Under the pieces are notes generated by a model. It ran no database searches, was not told the origin of the DNA, and saw nothing but the letters and a program-made list of their open reading frames with translations. Below, in pieces: positions 21,619 to 30,323 of a stretch of DNA of 64,000 nucleotides. The stretch spans positions 13,642-77,641 of the forward strand of contig CAZZWG010000001.1 of the NCBI GenBank assembly GCA_964657685.1. Direction: 5' to 3'. This DNA is from Verrucomicrobia bacterium Tous-C9LFEB. GTDB taxonomy: Bacteria > Acidobacteriota > Terriglobia > Terriglobales > Acidobacteriaceae. The translations under genes were made by a program, and so were the position numbers. Positions within the stretch are counted from its first letter, which is position 1. Every line of letters starts with the position of its first letter.

Positions 21619-23874
21619 TCACCTACGGGTTCTGATGGCGAGGGTTGGTTCCGAAGTTGCGCCCCAGAGATGCTTGTAGTGTTCACCACCACGGAGCAGA
21701 TCGACCTTCTTGCAGTTTGCATCTGCCGCGAAGCGCACTGCTTCGTCGAGCAGCAGTGTACCTGGGCTGAGGCATGCGAAGTGCGCGGAGAAACCAATGA
21801 GGTAGAGGTAGAGTCGGCGCTCCCGAACAGAGGGCGGATCGAGGAGCCCGTAAAGTACACCGAGGGTTTGCTCATCCAGTGTTAGACAGAACATGCAGAG
21901 CAAGCCCGCTTGCAGAAGAAGGGGGAGGCTTGCGCGATGATGAGCGATGACGCGCGGATCGTGTAAAACGCTTATCTCACCACGGCCTGGCCAGCGCTCA
22001 GCGTGGAACCTAACTAGATCGTCGAAGGCGGCAAGGGCGTCCTGTGCGCTGATTGCGACATGACACTCCAGACGTCCTTTAGCCTGGGCGAGGCGGCGGT
22101 AGCGGCGAATATTGTTTCGAATCTTGGCTGGAGGTTCCGTATTGAGGTCCAGCGCGGAAGTTGGTTCAGCGGAAGAGAGGAGCAAGCCGGCCTCCGATGC
22201 GACGCGGGTCAGAGGGGAGCTTTCACGAAGCTGATCCAGGCTTTGTTGATCCCATCCGGACGTGGCACACGTCTGATTAAGGGCTTGCCGGGCGATCCAG
22301 TCGGCGCCCGCATGCCACAGGCCGTCGAGGTAGTCTGTGGTGCCGGCGCCCACAAAGAGAAGTTTGCGGATCGTGGCTGAGGGCTGCTGATCGCTCGCCG
22401 AGGGCTCCTGGTAGATATAGACCGGCAGAAAACCGACGAGGTCGCCGCCTTGCTTCAACCGCACGGTGAGTGCGTGCAGTTTACCCTCCGGGCCGAACTG
22501 CTCCCACCACGGGAGAAGCCACGCGGGGTGCTGGAACGGGGTTGCGTTGGGATCAGATCGCCACAACTCCCTCCACTCGGAAGAGAGCGCATACAGTTCC
22601 TCGCCCGAAATGATGTGCTCCAAGATTGTCTCCCTCGCAGCGATCCGATCTTTGACGGGCGTCGGTTCTGCGGAACAGGAGGCAGATGGGAGCGTTGCGG
22701 CAGAAGTTGCCAGTTCACGGAAAAGTGCGGCGTACGCATCCTGGGTGCGGCTCCACGGGAAGCGCTTCTCCGCTGCGGCTCGGCACAGCCTTCGGTCCAG
22801 TTCAGGAAGCCGGGCGATGGCTGCGGCCATTTGTTGGACTGCGTCCTCTCCTGGCCAAATAAGAAAGCCAGTTCGTCCGTGTTCCACAATTTCGGGTACG
22901 GCGCCGACGGCCGTTGCGATTACGGGAACGCCGTAGGAGAGAGCCTCCATGGCCACGAGGGAACTCGTCTCCGGGGCGGAGGATGGCAGAAGCAGGCAGG
23001 CCGCACGGCTGAGTAGGCGGGCCTTTTCGTTTCCTGAGACCCGTCCTAGAAACCTTGCGGAGACCTCGGTATGTAAAAACGGGATAGACGTCTGGTGGGC
23101 AGGGTCTCTGGAGGTCAGGCGCGGGGCAATCTCCTCCTCAAAGTATTGCTGGTGCTTTGCATAAGGGAATATGGCCCCCCCAAGCAAAGCTGGTATGCCC
23201 GCGAGGCGTGCGGCGTCCAGCCCGACGTGTAGATTTTTCTCCGGGCAGATCCGAGCGAGCATCAGGGCGTATCGACCTGCATCGCGGATGGACGCGGGAT
23301 CGGGCAAGTCTACCCCGTTAGGAATGATATGGAGACGATCCTGTACTGCTGCAGGACAAGTACTGCGCTGGCTTTCAGAGACGCAGAGGAGGTGGTAGTT
23401 CGGTGCCAGGTTCCAGATCACGTCCGGGTACCAGGAGGGAGGAAGGTGCAATGTGACGAGTATTGGAACGTTGCCGGGAAGCGCGTAGCGGTGGAAATCA
23501 AAGCCGTGCATATGGACTAGAGCTATATCGTTCTCGGCGAAAGCGCGATCGAGGTTGTCCTGGTGAATTCGCTCGACTTCTGCACGGACCTGATCAGTGA
23601 TTGGTCCGGGCGGTACCGCGGTCCCGTAGAGTCTGCCTGAAGTTTGCGAGTCTGCATGCGCTACAACGACCGAGCGGAAACCTAGTTGGCCCATTGCTTG
23701 TTCGAGCTGCGAGCAGAACACTTCCGCGCCGCCCACGGCTTTGGAGCCGATCTCCGCGTATGGAAAGGCGACGGTGAGGATTGTGGGATGGTCGTGCGTT
23801 ATGGGTTGTCGGAGAGCAGGTATGGCGTTTGTACTGAGCATTTTGTAGTGAGGGCCAAGTTGGCGAAATGGCAA
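21619..23874 (-). CDS. Fused GT4 glycosyltransferase and CelD/BcsL-type GNAT acetyltransferase
   Basis: N-half: GGAEV, RICPEKN, ETSSLVAMEAL and GAVPEIVEHGRTGF (GT4). C-half: TPFQHPAW, TDYLD, SPGTLL and DLLRGGEHYK (Acetyltransf_6-like). Start uncertain. Confidence 0.8.
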   Translation of the reverse strand: MPFRQLGPHYKMLSTNAIPALRQPITHDHPTILTVAFPYAEIGSKAVGGAEVFCSQLEQAMGQLGFRSVVVAHADSQTSGRLYGTAVPPGPITDQVRAEVERIHQDNLDRAFAENDIALVHMHGFDFHRYALPGNVPILVTLHLPPSWYPDVIWNLAPNYHLLCVSESQRSTCPAAVQDRLHIIPNGVDLPDPASIRDAGRYALMLARICPEKNLHVGLDAARLAGIPALLGGAIFPYAKHQQYFEEEIAPRLTSRDPAHQTSIPFLHTEVSARFLGRVSGNEKARLLSRAACLLLPSSAPETSSLVAMEALSYGVPVIATAVGAVPEIVEHGRTGFLIWPGEDAVQQMAAAIARLPELDRRLCRAAAEKRFPWSRTQDAYAALFRELATSAATLPSASCSAEPTPVKDRIAARETILEHIISGEELYALSSEWRELWRSDPNATPFQHPAWLLPWWEQFGPEGKLHALTVRLKQGGDLVGFLPVYIYQEPSASDQQPSATIRKLLFVGAGTTDYLDGLWHAGADWIARQALNQTCATSGWDQQSLDQLRESSPLTRVASEAGLLLSSAEPTSALDLNTEPPAKIRNNIRRYRRLAQAKGRLECHVAISAQDALAAFDDLVRFHAERWPGRGEISVLHDPRVIAHHRASLPLLLQAGLLCMFCLTLDEQTLGVLYGLLDPPSVRERRLYLYLIGFSAHFACLSPGTLLLDEAVRFAADANCKKVDLLRGGEHYKHLWGATSEPTLAIRTRR

Positions 23875-24262
23875 CTGTATGAGTGTCTCAGAGATGTTCG
23901 GCAGCGATACCAGAGACGGCCGTCTGCGGGCAATTTCGAAGTACGCGGGCGAAGCGCGATCACTCCCACTTGACTGAAGGTCAGTGGTCCCGGGGTTTGA
24001 GGCTCATCGAGGCAGCCTCCTGTTGACGCGGAAGTCGTCGGTGTCGGGACAACCCCGACTGAACCGAAGGGTGATTCCTGGTAGAGACGACAACATGCGG
24101 GTGGGCGCATGCCCCAATTGGGTGATCGGCCAGAGGTTGGCGACTCGATTTAGGACCGCGCTGAAGAATTGACCTACATCCGCCGATAGAGCGTGGTAGC
24201 GCCGCCTCTCCTTCGAATCGTGAAATCACGTTCCGATCCAATCACGGCGCGGGAGATCTGAC

Positions 24263-27200
24263 TTGGTCCGTAATGGTGAAGTATCGCAGAGCAACTTGCT
24301 GACACCGGGATCGTCCTTCGGACGCCTCTTCTGGAGCCTCGTTTGTCTCATCAGCCTGCTTGGTGTTCCTAAAAGGTCGCACGCCGGGACCTTTACCCCT
24401 TCCCAGATGACGTTTCCGGCGTTGGCGGTGGGACAGACATCGGCACCAACGCAAGTGACACTCACTGCAGGAACATCCGGAACCGCGACTGCCACTATTG
24501 TCGTGACTGAGGGCGTGACCACCGCCGGGCTGGCGGAGTTTGCGGTGGCAAACGGTGGAACGTGTGGCAGTAACGGGAGCTTGGTTGCGGGGCAAAGCTG
24601 CACGGTAACCATGACCTTCACGCCACGGTATCCGGGTGTTCGCCACGGGGCCGTCCTTCTGAAGACGTCTGGCGGCACGCTGTTGGCCAGTTCGCTGATT
24701 AGCGGAAAAGGGCAGGGCGGCCTTCCAGTGTTTGCTCCCGGCCAGATAGACACCATTGCCGGCGATGGTCAATGGTTCTACGAAGGAGACGGTGTGCCGG
24801 CTAGACAAGCACCGATCTATCTACCTTCTGGACTTATGGTTGATGGCGGAGGAAATCTGTATCTCGCGGACACCATCAACAACCGAATTCGCAGAGTGGA
24901 CGCGGTTTCTCATGTGATCACGACGGTAGCGGGAAACGGGAACGCGGGATCGCAAGGCGACGGCGGGTTGGCCACAGCAGCTGAAGTTACGGGGCCTTCC
25001 GGCCTTGCGCTGGACGGTGCGGGCAACTTATACATTGCGGATTCCGGCAACAATGCAATCCGTCGAGTGGATGCTGTGAGCGGTCAGATCACGACGGTCG
25101 CAGGTACGCTTGGTCAAGCCGGATATACGGGCGATGGCGGGGCGGCAACTCTAGCAAAGCTGGATGCGCCTCAAGGCGTTGCGCTTACCGCCTCCGGAGA
25201 CCTTGTGATAGCGGATACAACGAATGCCGCGATACGGGTTGTGACCATGGCTGATGGCCTGATCCAGACCGTTGCGGGAACGGGCACAGCGGGATACAAC
25301 GGGGATGGCATTTCTGCCTTAGGTGCACAGCTTAACCAACCATCGAGCGTCGCGCTCCGGAGTGACGGCGCAATTGCAATCGCCGATCTCGGGAACAATC
25401 GGGTGCGCTTGATGATGGCCGGCTCCTCGATCAGCACCGTTGCGGGTAACGGGACGCTGGGCTACGCAGGGGATAATGGCCCAGCCGACCAGGCGGAACT
25501 TCAAGGTCCGGCGGCGGTGGCCTTCGACCCAGCTGGTGACCTTTTTATCGCAGACAGCGTGAACAATTGCATACGGTTTGTTTCCGGCTCACAACAGATG
25601 ATCACGACGTTGTCGGGTATCCCCAGCGATGATCGCTTTGCAGGCGACGGGGGGCCTGAAAACCAAGCTCGGATGCATGGGCCTGATGGACTGTTTTTTG
25701 ACGCTCAGGGCGACCTCTGGTTTTCTGACCGTTTCAACAACCGCGTACGCGAAGTTAGCGGCTCTTTGCTGACCATTGGACCCTACCCAACAATGAAAGT
25801 CGGCAAGACTTCGCAGCCGATTGCTGAAGCCATGTTCAATGCAGGAAACGAGTCCCTCCAATGGAATTCAGCTTTGTTACAGCAAGCCGGACTGAGTGGT
25901 TCCGATACGACTTGCGGCCAAGGCTCGCTCGCGCCGTCTATGTTCTGCACCATGGGCGTGGAGTTCGCGCCTACGAACGTCGGACCTAGCATCACTGGCG
26001 CAATCACCTGGAACTCCGACGTGGCGAATGTCACGCCGATCGACCAATTGTCTGGGCAGGTTCTCAGCGTGGAACCAACGAGTACCGCGATCACCTCAGG
26101 TGCCAATCCCGGGTTGCTGGGCAATGCGCTTACGCTTACCGCCACCATCATCAGCGATGACACGGGTCGGACCGGCACAGTCGATTTTTTCGAAGGTAGT
26201 CAGACCTGGTGCAGCAGCGTTCCGTTGGCTGCAAACGGCACCGCAATTTGCCAGATTGCGAGCTTGTCGCTAGGCATACACAACTTCCTCGCGAACTACT
26301 CGGGCGATAACAACAACGCGGCAAGCCTGTCGCCGGTGTTCGCGGAAACAACTAAGCAACAAGCGGCGCTGGCGTTGGGTGTTTCGACCAGTCCCGCAGT
26401 TGTCACCAGCACTGTCATGCTTACTGTGAATGCGGTTGACCCTGTCGGCGTTCCGAGTGGCACGGTTACTTTCTATGATGGGCAGAATTCGTTGTTCACA
26501 GTTGCCCTTGACTCGCACGGCTATGCGGGGTGGAGCACAAGCAGCCTCTCGGTTGGATCACATACACTGACCGCTCAGTACTCTGGTGACGGCTCGAATG
26601 TGGCAGTCACATCACCTGCAACAGCGCTCGAGATCAATCAAGCGAACACCACGATCGTGCTGACTTCTGCGAACAGCAACGCAACGGTCGGCACGAGCGT
26701 GACGCTACAAGCGAACGTAGTGAGCAGTAGCGGACCCACACCTACCGGCAGTGTCCAATTCTTTGATGGATTGACAAGCATGGGTTCCGGAGTGCTTAGC
26801 GGTAGTGGTTTCGCCTTCATCACAGTCGATGCCCTTGTGCCCGGGAACCACAATCTTCTCGCTGTTTATCACGGCGACGCTGATGATGCGACGAGCACAT
26901 CCACACCAATCGTTCAAGTCATACAGCAAATTGGGACGGGCACCACGCTGAGCGTGGATGCCGAGCCGCTCTACGCCGGCGCCACGTTGCACCTAAAAGC
27001 TTTGACATCTCTCCTTCGTGGAGCAACGGCAAATGGGCCACTTACGGGGGTAATTACGTTCCATGAGGGCGGTTATGTGCTCGGAAGCGCTCCGCTGGAC
27101 GCGAATGGTGGAGCCACGTTGCCGGTTGGAGTTTTGGGTGTAGGCACGCATGGCATTATCGCGAGTTTCAGCGGCAGCACGATCTATGCTGTTAGTGATT

Positions 27201-29737
27201 CAACTGTGCTTAACGAAACGGTACAGCAGACGCCGAGCATGACGTCTCTAAGCTCTACATCCTCGACCACTCTCAAGGCCAAACCTGCTTCTTTCAGCGT
27301 CGTTGTAACGAGCGCGACGGGGACACCTACCGGCACCGTGACTTTCAAAGACGGAGCAAATCTGCTTGGAACTTCTTCCCTGAATTCAAGTGGGCTTGCT
27401 TCGTTCTCCATTGATAGTCTCAGCGCTGGAGTTCATGCGATCACAGCTTTGTACAACGGAGATGCGAACTACCTCTCTTCCAGTTCTCCTGCTGTTCAGC
27501 AGACCGTTAGCCTGGCTCAGGCGACTCTTGTGTTGAGCGGACCTACTAACACCGTAGATGCTGGAACGGCGGCCGCTTTTTTGGCTTCACTCTCAACACC
27601 CGGAAGCGCGCCCACTGGAACAGTAATGCTGCTTGATGGCAGCACTGTTCTCGGTACTTCTGCGGTCCATGCTGCAGGTAACTACGTGTTCGCTACCTCT
27701 CAGCTTCTAGTTGGCGTCCACCGTGTAAGCGCAAGCTACAGCGGAGATGCGAACAATGCCGCTGCGCTCTCGCCTTCGCTCGTTGTCACTGTCGCGAAGG
27801 CGAAAACCCAAACTGGGTTGCTGTCCAGTGTAAATCCGCTTACGAAGGGAGAGGCGCCGACGTTGACGGCCACTGTGTCCAGCGACAGCCCGAACGAAAG
27901 CGGGTCAGTCACTTTCTATGACGGGATCGCCCTTCTTGGAACTGCTTCTCTTCAAGTCGACGGGACGGCGCAACTATCCCCCCAAAGTCTTGCCCTCGGT
28001 TTGCACAGCATCCAAGCGATCTACTCAGGCGACGACAATCACACGAGTTCAGCCTCGGTTGCGGTACCCGAGCTTGTGGTTCAGAACTCCTACTTATCTG
28101 TTTCCTCCAGCGTCAATCCATCAATCAGCGGAAGTAACGTCATCTTCTCGGCTCAGGTTCAAGGATCGCCAACACCGACGGGCAACGTGACCATGCGTGA
28201 CAACGGCGTTCTCGTAGGAATCGTGGCCCTAGGTCCGGGAGGATTTGCGGTTTTTGGGACACCGTCTCTTTCGGTCGGCACACACACGATCAACTTTATC
28301 TACGGGGGAGATAACAATTTTTCAGTTGCCAGCGCTGACCTTACCCAGAGTGTTATGCTCGCGAGCACCCAGACCATCTTGACGGCAAGCGCGAACCCTG
28401 GAACTTACGGTCAAGCGCTAACTCTAGCAGCGGCGGTGACTAGCAACGGAGGCGCAGCAACGGGCACGATGAGCTTCAGCGATGGTGGCGCGGTTCTTGG
28501 ATCTGCGCAGCTTGGAGCGAACGGCTATGCTGCACTGACACTATCGAATCTTTCACCCGGCCCACACAGCTTGGTCGCAAACTATCTGGGTGACGGTAAA
28601 GCCATCTCGTCCTCTTCGACGCCGCTTGCCATATCGGTGAAGCAGGTGACATCGCTTCGGGTCTCCTCAGATTCGAACCCGGGACTCACTTTGAGCCCCA
28701 TTACTCTTACGGCGGCGGTTTTGAATCCGGGTGCAGCGTTAGCAAGCGGCACGATTACCTTCAACGATGGAGCCAACGTTCTTGGTAGCGTACCGGTCAA
28801 CAGCGCGGGGTTTGCTGCACTGACTCTCCAGGGCTTAAAAGCTGGGATGCATGCGATCCTGGCGACCTACGCGGGTGACGACGCGAATTTCGGCAGCCAG
28901 TCCGGGGTATTCCGCCAGGCCGTCCAACTCCGGAGCACCACGACTACGGTTACGGGCACCCCCACTGACGCCAGCAATCCTCAGCAGATCACCCTCATTG
29001 CCGTAGTGCACGGGAACGGATATCAGTCACCAAGCGGCGTGGTGAACTTCACAAGCGGGTCCGTCAACCTGGGCACTGCGCCGGTGGATGGTACGGGGGT
29101 AGCGAGTATCACAATCATCTTTGAGGTACCGACCCAGCAAGTCGTGTCTAGCTATATGGGTGACGATGCTTATGCGGCGTCGCAGTCAAGCAGCACTGCT
29201 ATTAGCGCGGGATCACCAGCGCAGTTCACACTTGGTGTCAACACGCCAGTCATTACCCTCATAAGCCATCAACACCTGACGGTGTCGGTCAATCTAGCCT
29301 CCATCAAGGGCTACTCAGATACGATCGCCTTAGGGTGTATTGGACTCCCATTTGCAGCGACCTGCACCTTCACAGACACGCAACTGAAGCTAAAGCCGAA
29401 TGGATCGGCGACCACGTCGCTTATCCTCGACACTGGAGACCCACTGGGTGCTGGATCGAGCACCTCGGCTGCGCTGGAGAGGCGAAGGATGACGCTGTAC
29501 TGTTTGCTTCCGGCTGGTCTAGCATTAGGGAGTTTGCTCCGTAGATCACGACGGAAGCAACTCTCGTTCCTTCTGGTTCTCTTGTTTGGTTTTTTGCTTT
29601 CGACGGCACTCTCGGGGTGTGGAGGCCTGCAGATGAGCGGTACTCCGCCTGGCACTTATAGCTTCAGGGTTATTGGGACGGGGCAAGGATCGAACATCAC
29701 TGAAGCACAGACTGTCTCGCTTGTGGTGACGCAGTGA
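24263..29737 (+). CDS. Giant surface protein with NHL/teneurin-like repeats and about 11 bacterial Ig-like (group 3-like) repeats
   Basis: Signal-like N-terminus; about six I(T/S/Q/D)T(V/I/L)(A/S)G repeats; eleven YxGD-type Ig repeats; C-terminal double hydrophobic segment followed by LSGCGG...GTPPGTY tail. Confidence 0.85.
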   Translation: MVRNGEVSQSNLLTPGSSFGRLFWSLVCLISLLGVPKRSHAGTFTPSQMTFPALAVGQTSAPTQVTLTAGTSGTATATIVVTEGVTTAGLAEFAVANGGTCGSNGSLVAGQSCTVTMTFTPRYPGVRHGAVLLKTSGGTLLASSLISGKGQGGLPVFAPGQIDTIAGDGQWFYEGDGVPARQAPIYLPSGLMVDGGGNLYLADTINNRIRRVDAVSHVITTVAGNGNAGSQGDGGLATAAEVTGPSGLALDGAGNLYIADSGNNAIRRVDAVSGQITTVAGTLGQAGYTGDGGAATLAKLDAPQGVALTASGDLVIADTTNAAIRVVTMADGLIQTVAGTGTAGYNGDGISALGAQLNQPSSVALRSDGAIAIADLGNNRVRLMMAGSSISTVAGNGTLGYAGDNGPADQAELQGPAAVAFDPAGDLFIADSVNNCIRFVSGSQQMITTLSGIPSDDRFAGDGGPENQARMHGPDGLFFDAQGDLWFSDRFNNRVREVSGSLLTIGPYPTMKVGKTSQPIAEAMFNAGNESLQWNSALLQQAGLSGSDTTCGQGSLAPSMFCTMGVEFAPTNVGPSITGAITWNSDVANVTPIDQLSGQVLSVEPTSTAITSGANPGLLGNALTLTATIISDDTGRTGTVDFFEGSQTWCSSVPLAANGTAICQIASLSLGIHNFLANYSGDNNNAASLSPVFAETTKQQAALALGVSTSPAVVTSTVMLTVNAVDPVGVPSGTVTFYDGQNSLFTVALDSHGYAGWSTSSLSVGSHTLTAQYSGDGSNVAVTSPATALEINQANTTIVLTSANSNATVGTSVTLQANVVSSSGPTPTGSVQFFDGLTSMGSGVLSGSGFAFITVDALVPGNHNLLAVYHGDADDATSTSTPIVQVIQQIGTGTTLSVDAEPLYAGATLHLKALTSLLRGATANGPLTGVITFHEGGYVLGSAPLDANGGATLPVGVLGVGTHGIIASFSGSTIYAVSDSTVLNETVQQTPSMTSLSSTSSTTLKAKPASFSVVVTSATGTPTGTVTFKDGANLLGTSSLNSSGLASFSIDSLSAGVHAITALYNGDANYLSSSSPAVQQTVSLAQATLVLSGPTNTVDAGTAAAFLASLSTPGSAPTGTVMLLDGSTVLGTSAVHAAGNYVFATSQLLVGVHRVSASYSGDANNAAALSPSLVVTVAKAKTQTGLLSSVNPLTKGEAPTLTATVSSDSPNESGSVTFYDGIALLGTASLQVDGTAQLSPQSLALGLHSIQAIYSGDDNHTSSASVAVPELVVQNSYLSVSSSVNPSISGSNVIFSAQVQGSPTPTGNVTMRDNGVLVGIVALGPGGFAVFGTPSLSVGTHTINFIYGGDNNFSVASADLTQSVMLASTQTILTASANPGTYGQALTLAAAVTSNGGAATGTMSFSDGGAVLGSAQLGANGYAALTLSNLSPGPHSLVANYLGDGKAISSSSTPLAISVKQVTSLRVSSDSNPGLTLSPITLTAAVLNPGAALASGTITFNDGANVLGSVPVNSAGFAALTLQGLKAGMHAILATYAGDDANFGSQSGVFRQAVQLRSTTTTVTGTPTDASNPQQITLIAVVHGNGYQSPSGVVNFTSGSVNLGTAPVDGTGVASITIIFEVPTQQVVSSYMGDDAYAASQSSSTAISAGSPAQFTLGVNTPVITLISHQHLTVSVNLASIKGYSDTIALGCIGLPFAATCTFTDTQLKLKPNGSATTSLILDTGDPLGAGSSTSAALERRRMTLYCLLPAGLALGSLLRRSRRKQLSFLLVLLFGFLLSTALSGCGGLQMSGTPPGTYSFRVIGTGQGSNITEAQTVSLVVTQ

Positions 29738-30315
29738 AGACTCTTTCGCAGGCGCTCATCCTCTTGGCCCTGGTGCTGTGGCTTCCGCTCGGGCATGCTC
29801 AAGCCGTCGCAGCAGCTTCTAGTCCGGGGAGCAACATCGTTGTTGGAGGCGGGTTCTCCGCTTTCAACACCGACTACGGAGCCAATCGAATCGCCGGTGG
29901 TTTTCTATTTGTTGATGCTCATCCTCACTGGCGTGTAGGCTTTGAGGGTGAAGGCCGTTTTCTTCACTTACACGCGTTTGAGCAGGTTACAGAGGCGAGC
30001 TACCTTGGCGGTCTTCACGTGGCGTTGCTGCCGCGAGCCACGCGCTTCTCCCCATACGCCAAGTTCCTTGTGGGTGCGGGTGAAATCACACTTCCGTTCC
30101 GCTACGCTCATGGGGGATTTTTAACTTACGCTCCAGGAGCTGGCGTCGACATCGCCTTGAACGAACGCATCAGCCTACGCGCCATCGATATTGAGTACCA
30201 GCACTGGCCAGAGTTTACATATGGTGCGCTCAATCCATATGGTTTGAGCACAGGCATGAGTGTTCGTCTGAATAGAGTCTCGCGTTTTCCGAAAGCGAGT
30301 CGCTATCGCTACTAA
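29734..30315 (+). CDS. Small outer-membrane beta-barrel protein
   Basis: Signal peptide ending AHA-Q, alternating amphipathic strands (PYAKFLVG, GAGVDI, DIEYQHWP); 4-nt GTGA overlap with the Ig-protein gene. Confidence 0.7.
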   Translation: MKTLSQALILLALVLWLPLGHAQAVAAASSPGSNIVVGGGFSAFNTDYGANRIAGGFLFVDAHPHWRVGFEGEGRFLHLHAFEQVTEASYLGGLHVALLPRATRFSPYAKFLVGAGEITLPFRYAHGGFLTYAPGAGVDIALNERISLRAIDIEYQHWPEFTYGALNPYGLSTGMSVRLNRVSRFPKASRYRY

Positions 30316-30323
30316 GGTAGAGA

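Noticed and set aside
23900-24260. c-di-GMP or c-di-AMP riboswitch upstream of the adhesin
   Set aside because: The conserved GEMM and ydaO sequence elements could not be matched.
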